A stretch of 64,000 nucleotides of DNA, from NCBI GenBank assembly GCA_000960865.2, contig JZWU02000001.1:39160-103159 (forward strand), read 5' to 3'. This stretch comes from Vulcanisaeta sp. AZ3 (GTDB lineage: Archaea > Thermoproteota > Thermoprotei > Thermoproteales > Thermocladiaceae). Of this stretch, positions 40,846-50,907 are shown one piece after another. The translations under genes were made by a program, and so were the position numbers. Numbering within the stretch: position 1 is the stretch's first letter; every line of letters starts with the position of its first letter. The notes beneath the pieces were generated by a model. The model had not been told where the DNA came from and searched no databases. It saw nothing but the letters and a program-made list of their open reading frames with translations.

Positions 40846-40957
40846 AAAGCATAATTAATCAAACTCCTTAGTTATAAGTTTCTCTCTTCATTATTAATTA
40901 GTAATTGAAAGTTACGAAAAAGTACTTATAAAACCACAGCCTCACGATGCATTAGGT

Positions 40958-42706
40958 GTGATTGAGTTAACGACAGATAAAGCACTATATGAGCCTGGGG
41001 AGGATATTGCCATAAACATAACCGTGGGGAGCATAACGAATAAGGAGGAAATAAAATTAACAGTCATTAGGGATTCCAATGAAGTAATTAGACGAGAACT
41101 TCAAGCACTACCACCTAAATCAAGCATCCTTGAACACATTAAACTAAACGAGACCGGAGTCTATGAAATACACGCCGAATGCTGCGGCCTCTCCGCCACA
41201 GCACCATTAATGATCGTAGAGAAACCAGAATCTCCCGTTAAATTCATAATTGTGTTTCATAACCATCAACCAATCAATAAATACCCAAACGGGCATTATC
41301 ACGGGCATTGGGCATTCCACCATACATGGTTCCCCGAATTCCAACCAATCTATGACGTTGGCCCTTACCTACTCCACGCAAGACTCGTTAATAAGTATAA
41401 AGTACCAATTACATACAACCTAAGCCCAAGCCTACTTTGGCAATGGGATGATATAATCAATAATGGAGCCTTTATAGAGGGAGATGAATTCATAACTCAC
41501 ATCAGTCCACAAAACCCCAACATATCACTAATCAAGGAGACCCTCAACACATACTCAAAGCTAGCTAAGGAGGGTGTTATTGAAGTCCTAACAAGCTTCC
41601 TAGCACACCCAATAGCAGGCTACCTAATCGAGAAATACAACATTGACGATGTACTCAAATGGGAGTTAAGAGTTGGTAAAAAGGTTACTAAGAGAATCCT
41701 AGATGTTGACGCCACTGGAGTATGGTTACCCGAGCTATACTTCTCGGAGAGGTTGAGGGATATACTATGTAGTGAGGGGATTAGGTTCACAGTACTTGAT
41801 GGTGTTTATCACCTAGGCGAGAGCATTAAAGACAGGAGTTCCATGTATAAGATCTACAAGCACGATTGCTTAACAATATTCTTCAGAGACACAGCACTAA
41901 GCGACCTACTAAGCTTCCAACTAAACAAAGCAGGCAACACCCAGGAGGCAGATACAAATGCCAGGAGGTTATTAATTGAGGTTATGTTAAGAGCCCCCTA
42001 CGCCAAGGATGGGGTAATAACCATGGCATTAGACGGTGAGAACTGGATGATACTACCAACACCAAACCCATACGCCGCACTACTCCTCGAGAAAATCCTC
42101 AACTACCTATCCAAGGCCATGACTGATGGCTACATAACACCAATAAGACCCTCAACCCTACTTGGAGAAGCCAAGGAGGAAATTAAGGAAATACCAACCA
42201 CAACCTGGCTCGGCTCACCAAGTAAGTGGTTGAATGAGAGGGCTGATATTCAATCAAGGCTTTGGTCCATGGCCCAAATAGCAATTAATAAGTGGAGGAT
42301 TTATGAGGAGGTATTTGGCGAAGACGATAATCTCAGAATGTCACTAGCCATGACCCTAGACAGTGATTACTACTGGGCAGAATTCGTGAATACAGACCAC
42401 ATTAGTGAGTGGGCATTCAACACCACGAGAATAGTTGATGAGGCACTATCATCACTAACAGTGAAAATAATACGCGAAGACGACCTATTAGAGATCGCAG
42501 TAAATAATGAATGGACTAGGGATGCAACCCTATTAATCAGCGTTGAAGTCCCCGAGTCATCAATGGAACACGGCATTAGAATTCCCAGTCACTCAACAGA
42601 ATCATTAGGAGTAGAGAGGTTAAACAACGTTAACATATCACTATTAACACCAAGATCCAAGACACCAATAATGAAACCCATAAGGATCACAAACACCACT
42701 ATATAA
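40958..42706 (+). CDS. Glycoside hydrolase family 57
   Basis: HNHQP, HPI, GVWLPE, FFRD..LSD, ALDGENW and DSDYYW conserved regions. Confidence 0.9.
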   Translation: MIELTTDKALYEPGEDIAINITVGSITNKEEIKLTVIRDSNEVIRRELQALPPKSSILEHIKLNETGVYEIHAECCGLSATAPLMIVEKPESPVKFIIVFHNHQPINKYPNGHYHGHWAFHHTWFPEFQPIYDVGPYLLHARLVNKYKVPITYNLSPSLLWQWDDIINNGAFIEGDEFITHISPQNPNISLIKETLNTYSKLAKEGVIEVLTSFLAHPIAGYLIEKYNIDDVLKWELRVGKKVTKRILDVDATGVWLPELYFSERLRDILCSEGIRFTVLDGVYHLGESIKDRSSMYKIYKHDCLTIFFRDTALSDLLSFQLNKAGNTQEADTNARRLLIEVMLRAPYAKDGVITMALDGENWMILPTPNPYAALLLEKILNYLSKAMTDGYITPIRPSTLLGEAKEEIKEIPTTTWLGSPSKWLNERADIQSRLWSMAQIAINKWRIYEEVFGEDDNLRMSLAMTLDSDYYWAEFVNTDHISEWAFNTTRIVDEALSSLTVKIIREDDLLEIAVNNEWTRDATLLISVEVPESSMEHGIRIPSHSTESLGVERLNNVNISLLTPRSKTPIMKPIRITNTTI

Positions 42707-43865
42707 CCTTCACAACATCCTGCCCATCAATCAAGTATAGGATATCCCTCGACGACACCCTAGTCAATAGATAATCATGAACATAATCAGCATCTAAAGA
42801 TTCATAAGCAACCCCAACTGCCAAACCCCTCATCGGCAACCCCTCCCTTATAATATAACCAAAACCCCACGACCAAGCCCAGGAAGTAGACATCATGAGA
42901 ATATCAATAGGCCTTAAACCCTGACCTCCAGCCATGGCATACCTCATAAACCTCAACTCACCCCACGGGTCTGGTTCAATTAAGGCGGTATTGTCCGTAC
43001 CAACCATAGGCTTAAGACCAACCCTAACCATAGAACCCACACTAGGCAACCTACCCACCAACTCCACATTAGACCTAGGACACACAGCAACTGAGACCTT
43101 CGGCAACTTTGCAATCTCATCATCACTCAATTGCGTCATATGAACAAACAATGAATTACCAGTCACAAGAGTACTCAAAGCCCTACTTAAATCACCATCA
43201 GCATGAGTATCCACAGTCTCAGACACATGAGTACTAATCAACAAATTACGCGAACCACCTAGCCTCGAAGCGAGCATCAACTCAGCCGTTGAATAATTAA
43301 GCGGCGATATTAATGATATCCCAAATCCCCTCTCCACAAAATACCTAACCTCCTCCTCAAAAACTTCATCAACATCCTCCTCCTCATTAGGATGAACATA
43401 AACCCTAAACACACTAGGCTCAGCCAAAGGCACAACACACAACCCAACCCTACCCGCCTCCTCCAAAACAACATCTACAAACCTCATCCCATACTCAATA
43501 ATAGCCAATAAACAACCAACACCATAACCCCTAATCCTACGAAACAAACGAGCCAAACCACCCCTAAGAGACTCGGGATTCACCCTACGTAAGTATTGAT
43601 ACTTCAAGCCATAGGGTGCCCCAACCAAATCATCTATATAGAATTTATTGAAGAGACCCATTAGGAAGTGATCAAGCACGTGTATATGGGCATTTGTTAA
43701 TTGAGGCATGAGTATGGCATTGCCCAAATCAACCACATTATTACTACCCGGAACCCTACCAATACCCGTAACCACACCATCAGAAACATCAACCACACCA
43801 TCCCTCAAAGGCCTCAAATCCTGATCCACAAGTGCAAACGCAGACCTTATGCTTAACCTACGCAT
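42699..43865 (-). CDS. Amidohydrolase/deaminase family protein
   Basis: NAHIH, HVSET, VH, CPRSN and GTDN motifs. Confidence 0.82.
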   Translation of the reverse strand: MRRLSIRSAFALVDQDLRPLRDGVVDVSDGVVTGIGRVPGSNNVVDLGNAILMPQLTNAHIHVLDHFLMGLFNKFYIDDLVGAPYGLKYQYLRRVNPESLRGGLARLFRRIRGYGVGCLLAIIEYGMRFVDVVLEEAGRVGLCVVPLAEPSVFRVYVHPNEEEDVDEVFEEEVRYFVERGFGISLISPLNYSTAELMLASRLGGSRNLLISTHVSETVDTHADGDLSRALSTLVTGNSLFVHMTQLSDDEIAKLPKVSVAVCPRSNVELVGRLPSVGSMVRVGLKPMVGTDNTALIEPDPWGELRFMRYAMAGGQGLRPIDILMMSTSWAWSWGFGYIIREGLPMRGLAVGVAYESLDADYVHDYLLTRVSSRDILYLIDGQDVVKVI

Positions 43866-43911
43866 TGCCAAGGACAAGCACTATTTAAGTAACTTAATAC
43901 CCTTACCCCCA

Positions 43912-44979
43912 ATGAAAATAGCCATCGCCGGCCTAAACCCAGGAACAGCAATATACGCCTACTACATGGCTAAAAACGGTCATGAAACAACCATATACAC
44001 AAACACACAAGGCGACGTTATAGTAATGGACCTAATACCACACACAAAACTAGGAATAATAAATACAGAAACCACAAAATTATTCACAAGAAAATACCTC
44101 GAGGACATCCTAGGCATCAACATCATAAACACCCAGCTCGAAACACTAAGTATCAACAAAAACAAAGTAATTGACAAAGCCAAAGACACCAACACAACCT
44201 ACGATAAAGTGGTAATCGGTACAGAAGCCACACCAAGGAATGCAGGCAATTGCATGAACATATACAATCACGAACTAACCAAGGATGAATATATAATAAG
44301 CGGAACAGACCTCGGCAAAAACACCGAAACACTACTCCTAATAACTGACCTAGGAGGCACAGCAACCACAAAATCACCCCTAGCACTCGACGAAGACATC
44401 ATCAAAACACTACCACACAATAAGACCCAGGACACTGGGCAGTGCTTAACTACGGATTACGATGTAACAATGCCCATAACAACCGAGGAGCACTACGACT
44501 CGATAGGCAGAGGGCTTAAGCTTGTGGATTCCCTTAGTGGTATTGATTACGTGATCAATAGGGATTATCAATTAATAATAATGGGCAAACTACTAGCCTT
44601 AAGAGACCTAGGCATCGTGAATTCATTATCACAAATTCCAAGACTTGAGGTTGGCTTTTCTAGAAATTGGTCGTTCATAACCATAGGACTCACGAAAAGT
44701 GAGCTAACAAACATCTTTAGGGATTTATCATCATCAAGAACATCACTACACTCAAGCGATAGCGATATAACAGCAAAGGTATTACATAGAGGTAGGAAGT
44801 TATTAAGCCTCCAAATAATTACCAAAGGCATTAGATTAGACAATTGGTTCTACCACATATACAGCTTAGTAATGCTTGACAAGGCACCCTACCTAATACT
44901 TGATATGGGTTACGAAAGATTATTCGGCACGTTTAAGGGGACCATTGAGGGGCTCATCATGAATATATATAATATATAG
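43912..44979 (+). CDS. Divergent pyridine nucleotide-disulfide oxidoreductase-like protein
   Basis: MKIAIAG start, YDKVVIGT..TP and C-terminal dimerisation-like IGLT..E. Confidence 0.55.
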   Translation: MKIAIAGLNPGTAIYAYYMAKNGHETTIYTNTQGDVIVMDLIPHTKLGIINTETTKLFTRKYLEDILGINIINTQLETLSINKNKVIDKAKDTNTTYDKVVIGTEATPRNAGNCMNIYNHELTKDEYIISGTDLGKNTETLLLITDLGGTATTKSPLALDEDIIKTLPHNKTQDTGQCLTTDYDVTMPITTEEHYDSIGRGLKLVDSLSGIDYVINRDYQLIIMGKLLALRDLGIVNSLSQIPRLEVGFSRNWSFITIGLTKSELTNIFRDLSSSRTSLHSSDSDITAKVLHRGRKLLSLQIITKGIRLDNWFYHIYSLVMLDKAPYLILDMGYERLFGTFKGTIEGLIMNIYNI

Positions 44980-45037
44980 ATATCCAGCAACCCCAACTAA
45001 ATAAGCTTTATTAGGAACTTCATGAATTAATCCAGTA

Positions 45038-46363
45038 GTGCCTGGCGCCCTTGCCAATGTAGATTACGAGGAGCCCCTAACCAAATTTAGAGTAAGAGAG
45101 GTTCTTATCGAGGCTCATAAACACTCAATAAGCTATATAGATAAAATGAAAGATGAAGTACTAGCAGACTCCTTCTACGTACACTACAGACAACCAATAC
45201 TAAAGGTACCTAGCGAGAGTAATAACATGGAGGAGTCGCTGTGGAGATTCGTGGTATCCACATACATAAGAAGCGAGGCATATAATGATGTCTCTAGAGT
45301 CACGAGATTAAACAGTAAGTTATCCAGGACCATGGCAATAAAGCTCCTCAAGGTTTACAACAGCATCCTGAATAAAATAGAAAGAAACGAATCATTCAGA
45401 CAAATGGTTGAATCAGCCATGAACCAAAACCACGGATCCCAAAGAGAGAGTAGAATAAGTCTCGAACGGGAAGTGAGGTCCCTAATAAACTTCTACGTGG
45501 GTAACATGAAGAAGGTTAGCGATACGGTCAATAGGATGAGGATGCTCTTTGGCGAGTCCGTTGGTCATGAAGTAGCTGATATATTACTAAGCACTGACAT
45601 AGATCCGTATAGACTTAGATTAATATCAATGCTAAACTCTCTAGTAAACCTAATTGTGAACACGAGATATACCGTAGACACAACAAACGACATAGACGCA
45701 GAACGAGTCGGTGTCATAGGAGGTGTTAAACGCATGTCAAGAGCCTCGGAGATAAAAGACATGATACCAAGCGAAAGAATGCTCATGAAATACGCAAAAC
45801 CAGTCTTTGCATATAAACTAGCCATGGGCAACGTACTAGTTAGAGAAAGAAGAGCGCTGAGAAAGCCCAAGATATACATGCTAATCGATAAAAGCGGCTC
45901 CATGTTTTACACAACAAACATAAACCTCCTCGATATCGGTGCAATAAGCAAAATAACCTGGGCAACAGCATTAGCAATAATACTCACAATGAAGGGCGGA
46001 GACCTAACCATTAGATTCTTCGACCAACAAGTCTACCCAATACTCACAAATAAGAGAGACATAATTAGAACGCTCCTCTCACTAATACCCCTCGGAGGCA
46101 CAGACATAACCAACGCAGTAAGAACCGCAATTCAAGACGCAATAGAGAAACCCTCATTAAGAGACCAAAAATTAATACTAATAACAGATGGCGAAGACGA
46201 TAACATAGACCCAGCAACGCTCCGCAAAGCAAAAACCATATTCAAATCAGTCAAAGCAATCCTAATAGGCGGCTCAAACGCAATAATTGAGGAAAACATA
46301 GACACAATAAAAATACAAGAACTAAGCAGTGAAAGCATGACCCACGTATTTAGGAGAATTTAG
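45038..46363 (+). CDS. von Willebrand factor A domain protein (ViaA/CoxE-like)
   Basis: MIDAS motifs IDKSGSM, GGTDI and ITDGED. Confidence 0.85.
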   Translation: MPGALANVDYEEPLTKFRVREVLIEAHKHSISYIDKMKDEVLADSFYVHYRQPILKVPSESNNMEESLWRFVVSTYIRSEAYNDVSRVTRLNSKLSRTMAIKLLKVYNSILNKIERNESFRQMVESAMNQNHGSQRESRISLEREVRSLINFYVGNMKKVSDTVNRMRMLFGESVGHEVADILLSTDIDPYRLRLISMLNSLVNLIVNTRYTVDTTNDIDAERVGVIGGVKRMSRASEIKDMIPSERMLMKYAKPVFAYKLAMGNVLVRERRALRKPKIYMLIDKSGSMFYTTNINLLDIGAISKITWATALAIILTMKGGDLTIRFFDQQVYPILTNKRDIIRTLLSLIPLGGTDITNAVRTAIQDAIEKPSLRDQKLILITDGEDDNIDPATLRKAKTIFKSVKAILIGGSNAIIEENIDTIKIQELSSESMTHVFRRI

Positions 46364-46769
46364 CCTCAAAACAATTAATTGGCGAATCACAAACAACAAC
46401 CTGAGCCTCAACCACGTCACCAACGCCCAACCTACTTATAGAATCACGAACAAAATCCAACAAATACCAAGCAAGACACTCACCAGTCACACCCTCAGGC
46501 ATGCAAGGTATCTCAACATACTCATTCAAACCAAGCCCACTCACAACCTCCCTAGTAGACTTCAAGTACTTACCATCAAAAGACCCTACGACACTCTGAA
46601 CCTCACGCCTAATCGCATCAATATCCATGACCAAATCCCTCCTACCACTAACGCATATCCTCACAGTAACGTCATAATTATGCCCATGAACACCACCATA
46701 AACCTCACTAAACCTAACCCTATGGGCACCAGAAAACATAAACCTCATGGATAAACATGTAGACTCCAT
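46350..46769 (-). CDS. 6-pyruvoyl-tetrahydropterin synthase/QueD family T-fold protein
   Basis: FSGAH, HGHNY and TGECLA motifs. Confidence 0.75.
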   Translation of the reverse strand: MESTCLSMRFMFSGAHRVRFSEVYGGVHGHNYDVTVRICVSGRRDLVMDIDAIRREVQSVVGSFDGKYLKSTREVVSGLGLNEYVEIPCMPEGVTGECLAWYLLDFVRDSISRLGVGDVVEAQVVVCDSPINCFEAKFS

Positions 46770-46821
46770 CACAACACTAGTGCAAGCATGCCTAAAAATG
46801 CATTATCTTAGTGATTATACA

Positions 46822-47583
46822 ATGGTTAGTAAAGTAATAATAGCTGGCGCAGGACCCGGCGACGAAGGCCTACTCACACTTAAGTGCATTGAAGCCATTA
46901 AGGTAGCTGACACCATAATATATGATAGGTTAATACCAAACTCAGCACTAAAGTACGCAAAACAAGATGCAAAACTCATCTTCGCAGGCAAAGAACCCGG
47001 TAAGCACACCATGGAGGAGGAAGAAATCATAAAACTCATAATTAAAGAGGCAAAGGAAGGCAAGACCGTACTTAGACTTCACGGCGGAGACCCATTCCTA
47101 TTCGGCAGGGGCTTTGAAGAATGCATTGTAATACTTAAGGAAGGCCTACCTTGCGAAGTAATCCCAGGAGTATCCTCAGCCATAGCAGTACCCGAGACTT
47201 ACCTAATACCACCCATACTCCGCGGAGTATCAAGCTCAGTAGCCATAATCACAGGAACAGAAGACCCCAAGAAAGGTAAAACATTCATAAACCTCAAGGC
47301 ACTAGCCAATTCAGTAAATACAATAATAATACTAATGGGTGCCTCAAAAATCAATGAAATAGCCAAAGAACTAATAAACAGCGGACTAAACCCAAAAACA
47401 CCAGTAGCAATCCTAACAAGGGCATTCATGGAAGGCAGCAAAGTCACAATAACAACACTAGAAAAACTCACCACAAACAACGTAATTGCCGAAAACCCCT
47501 CAGTAATAGTAATCGGCGAAGTCGTTAACGAGGGACTAAACGCCATGAAAATGGCAGGCATTAAGTACGAAGATGCACGATAA
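46822..47583 (+). CDS. cobA: Uroporphyrinogen-III C-methyltransferase
   Basis: GAGPGD..LLT, YDRL, RLHGGDP.LFGRG.EE and IPGVSS motifs. Confidence 0.92.
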   Translation: MVSKVIIAGAGPGDEGLLTLKCIEAIKVADTIIYDRLIPNSALKYAKQDAKLIFAGKEPGKHTMEEEEIIKLIIKEAKEGKTVLRLHGGDPFLFGRGFEECIVILKEGLPCEVIPGVSSAIAVPETYLIPPILRGVSSSVAIITGTEDPKKGKTFINLKALANSVNTIIILMGASKINEIAKELINSGLNPKTPVAILTRAFMEGSKVTITTLEKLTTNNVIAENPSVIVIGEVVNEGLNAMKMAGIKYEDAR

Positions 47584-47618
47584 AACCCTTATAATTTTCT
47601 TAGAGCCACAACCACCAT

Positions 47619-47668
47619 ATGATGAGGCATGAGCGTGCCGAAAAATGAAGAACTTGCGCCCAAACTGA
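47619..47668 (+). ncRNA. C/D box methylation-guide sRNA
   Basis: ATGATGA-ggcatgagcgtg-CCGA-aaa-ATGAAGA-acttgcgcccaaa-CTGA, TATA-like CTTATAA about 25 nt upstream. Confidence 0.85.
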
Positions 47669-47730
47669 TCCTCCGACATTAATGATAAAAGAATAAAGTC
47701 ATACTTAATAACCAACCCGACACTTAAGTA

Positions 47731-48261
47731 ATGGTGAAGATCCTCATACTAACCGAGGTAGACCTACCAAACGACTTCGCAAAACAAGTCGAGAATTACC
47801 TAGAAGGCATAGCCACAGTCCAAATTAGAAAAACAGATTTCGAAGGACTCAAATCACAATTCAGAGATATCAAGAGAGGCCAAGTAAGAGCCGACGATCT
47901 TCTAAACTACCTAGAACCCAGGGTCAAAGGCTACGAGGGTTTCGACAAGATAGTACTCATCATTGATGATGACGGTTACGTCAAAGGCTTTAACTTCGTA
48001 TTCGGCATCGCCAACATCGGCGGAAGCTTAGCACTAGTATTCACTGAGAGATTAAGAGACAGCGAGAAATTATACATAGAGAGAATACTCAAGGAAGTAC
48101 TCCATGAGTTAGGCCACACCTTCGGCCTCGACCACTGCAACGACCCAAAATGTGTCATGCACTTCAGCAACACCATACTAGACACAGATAGAAAAGGACC
48201 CGCCTTCTGCCCAAAATGCATGACTAAGCTTAAAAATCTGACAAGCCACGTTCACGGCTAG
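47731..48261 (+). CDS. amzA: Archaemetzincin Zn protease
   Basis: HELGHTFGLDHC...CVM.FSN and FCPKC. Confidence 0.92.
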   Translation: MVKILILTEVDLPNDFAKQVENYLEGIATVQIRKTDFEGLKSQFRDIKRGQVRADDLLNYLEPRVKGYEGFDKIVLIIDDDGYVKGFNFVFGIANIGGSLALVFTERLRDSEKLYIERILKEVLHELGHTFGLDHCNDPKCVMHFSNTILDTDRKGPAFCPKCMTKLKNLTSHVHG

Positions 48262-48381
48262 CACAAACAACACAAACCCTGAGATTAACTCAACAATACA
48301 CGCCAAGGATGTTGAAGAACTTATGAAACGAAGAAAAGAAAAAGGATTATGATTTTGAAAAGATGTATGGCAGCTTAGTAG

Positions 48382-48807
48382 TCAACTCACGTTATCACCC
48401 TTGGCCTCAGTATTAACATAGTATGACCGATCAGACGCAAAAACCTCAAACCTCTTAGCCCTCAACGCCTTGACTATGTACTTAAAAGCCTCCATAGGCT
48501 TCGTATGATCCCCACACGTATAAACATCCACAGTCGCATACCCATACTCCGGCCAGGTATGTATTGAAATATGGCTCTCAGCCACAATAGCAACCACCGA
48601 AGTACCACCATTAACACCAAACTTGTAAAAGAACGTTGACACAAGCAACGCACCAGCCACATCAGCAGCCTCCTTAACAACCCTCGTTAGATACACCTCA
48701 TCCCTAAGAACCTCTTTATCGCACTCATATAGATTACCATACACATGCACTCCATACACCAGGGCATTCGCCTCCCTTCCCACCCTGGATAGAGTTTGGG
48801 TTGTCAT
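48382..48807 (-). CDS. speD: Pyruvoyl-dependent S-adenosylmethionine decarboxylase proenzyme (arginine decarboxylase paralog not excluded)
   Basis: AESHISIHTWPE and DVYTCG motifs. Confidence 0.85.
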   Translation of the reverse strand: MTTQTLSRVGREANALVYGVHVYGNLYECDKEVLRDEVYLTRVVKEAADVAGALLVSTFFYKFGVNGGTSVVAIVAESHISIHTWPEYGYATVDVYTCGDHTKPMEAFKYIVKALRAKRFEVFASDRSYYVNTEAKGDNVS

Positions 48808-48827
48808 TTTTCCCAATATTTGGCCAT
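48804..48827 (-). promoter_or_regulatory. Putative uORF/leader peptide MAKYWEK overlapping the speD start
   Basis: ATG GCC AAA TAT TGG GAA AAA TGA; TGA overlaps speD ATG (ATGA); TTTATATA at 48861-48854. Confidence 0.45.
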
Positions 48828-48957
48828 TTTTTGGTCGAGTGAGTACAACCCCCTATATAAACATATCCCCGAAGCATTTTGATAATACCTGCAGAATGAA
48901 TCCACGATTTACACAAGGATAAGCATTAAATATTTGCATTTAAAGGCATTAAATCAG

Positions 48958-49572
48958 ATGGGGGATCTTCATTACTTCAGGGGCGCATACCTTGAGATTA
49001 GTAATTTTATCATAAATGCCCTCAACGCTATTAAGACGGAGGAGGTAGCCTCCTTCATAGACCTACTAATCAATACATACAAGAGCGATAAGAAAGCCCT
49101 AGTTGTAGGAGCCGGAAGATCAGGCCTAGTGGGCAGAGCATTCGCAATGAGGCTAATGCACCTAGGCTTTAGATCCTACGTATTAGGCGAAACAATAACA
49201 CCCAGCGTCGGTGAAGGTGACCTAGTCATTGCAATATCCGGCAGCGGTACCACAACCATGGTAGTAGCGGCCGCCGAAGCCGCCAAGAAAATGAAAGCCA
49301 AGGTAATCGCAATAACAAGCTACAGAGACTCACCCCTAGCAAGCTACGCAGACCTAATCCTACAGGTACCCGGTAGAACAAAAGTTGCCAAGATGGATGA
49401 CTACTTCGCCAGGCAAATACTAGGACTCCACGAACCATTAGCACCACTCGGCACATTATTCGAAGACACAGCAATGATACTACTAGACTCAGTAATCGCC
49501 GAATTAATGCACAGACTCGGCAAGACAGAAGTTGAATTAAAAACCCGACACGCAAATATTGAAGTACCTTAA
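48958..49572 (+). CDS. hxlB: 6-phospho-3-hexuloisomerase
   Basis: [27 protein letters not shown] and HAN motifs. Confidence 0.92.
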   Translation: MGDLHYFRGAYLEISNFIINALNAIKTEEVASFIDLLINTYKSDKKALVVGAGRSGLVGRAFAMRLMHLGFRSYVLGETITPSVGEGDLVIAISGSGTTTMVVAAAEAAKKMKAKVIAITSYRDSPLASYADLILQVPGRTKVAKMDDYFARQILGLHEPLAPLGTLFEDTAMILLDSVIAELMHRLGKTEVELKTRHANIEVP

Positions 49573-50697
49573 TCACTCCTCACTCTCAGAAGCCCTAATA
49601 CCAACATTAATAAGACGCCTAAACACCCTATCAATCAACCTAACATAAGACCCCCTCTGACCAACAAAAGCCCCAAAGGCACTCTTCCTAACCGTAACCA
49701 TAAGCTCAGGACCAGCAAAATCAACATCAACAATACGCTTACCAATCCAACCCACCGGATGCAATGCCCTAATCCACTCCTTAAAGTCTAAATTCATCTC
49801 CACAGCCCTAACCCTAAAATTACTCTCACTCTCAATAGCCTTAATCCTCTCACCACCCTTACCCACAACCCTACCTAAATGCCCCTCCTTAGCAATTATC
49901 AAAACATCAGGCACACCCTCACTCTTAATACCAAGCCCCTCCTTCTCCTGCTTAAACTCCACCACAGTAATAACATCAGCATCTGGAGCATGAACCCTAA
50001 TCAAATCCAAAAGCTGCCTCTCACTACTACTCAACTCCCTCTTCCTCATCCTCAACTCAAAAGACACCTTAACACCACGCTTAGCACCAGGCCTAACAAT
50101 ATCCTTCAACCCAAGATCAATAACAGCCGCGCTCTCCTCATTCAAAAGAACCTCCCTAAGCAATGTAGCACCATCCTTATCAACACCCAAAGGACGCTGA
50201 AGCACAGGATCACCAGCAATAACAAGCCTAGAGTTCCTACCAATCCTCATTAACACCTCAGCAGCACTCTCAGGCTGTGTACTCTGAGCATCATCCAAGA
50301 ATATGAGAGAATCATCAAAAGTCCTCCCCCTAAGATAAGAAACATCAGTAACCACAACCCTACCATCACGAAGCAACTTCTCCAACTCCTCCCTACCCAT
50401 AAGCCCCTCAAGAATATCCTCCAAATAAGCAGAGGCAACCCTATAATAAAGATCACCAAGCACCTCAGGCGTTACAGCCCTCCCAGTATTAACATCAACC
50501 ACAGGCCTAGCAATTATAAACCGCCTATACGCACCAGAAAGAACAGAAGATATACCATAGGCACACGAAATCAAGCTCTTACCAGTACCCGTAGGACCAA
50601 AAACACCCACAATCTCATTCCTCGAATCCTTCAACGCATTAACCAACCTCTCCTGCCCAACACTCATAGGCTTAATCTTATCAAGAACCGACGACAT
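49573..50697 (-). CDS. PhoH-family ATPase with C-terminal KH domains
   Basis: GPTGTGKS, RP.V, YLRGRTF, DDAQ, AGD; VVGKGGERI and FVGQRG KH motifs. Confidence 0.88.
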   Translation of the reverse strand: MSSVLDKIKPMSVGQERLVNALKDSRNEIVGVFGPTGTGKSLISCAYGISSVLSGAYRRFIIARPVVDVNTGRAVTPEVLGDLYYRVASAYLEDILEGLMGREELEKLLRDGRVVVTDVSYLRGRTFDDSLIFLDDAQSTQPESAAEVLMRIGRNSRLVIAGDPVLQRPLGVDKDGATLLREVLLNEESAAVIDLGLKDIVRPGAKRGVKVSFELRMRKRELSSSERQLLDLIRVHAPDADVITVVEFKQEKEGLGIKSEGVPDVLIIAKEGHLGRVVGKGGERIKAIESESNFRVRAVEMNLDFKEWIRALHPVGWIGKRIVDVDFAGPELMVTVRKSAFGAFVGQRGSYVRLIDRVFRRLINVGIRASESEE

Positions 50698-50907
50698 CGA
50701 CAATGAATACAAATAAACCCCTTTAAATACTTCCCAATCCTAAACCAAGTAAGCATTCCTCACAAAAACATACAAAGCAAAAAATCCAAGAATATTACCC
50801 GCCTCAAAAGACAAGACCTACGCCTACACCGTCATAGTAATAACATGATTCGTTTAGGGGAGTATTTGTTGAAAATGATTTTTAAGTTTGGGGTCATGTT
50901 TATTGTT

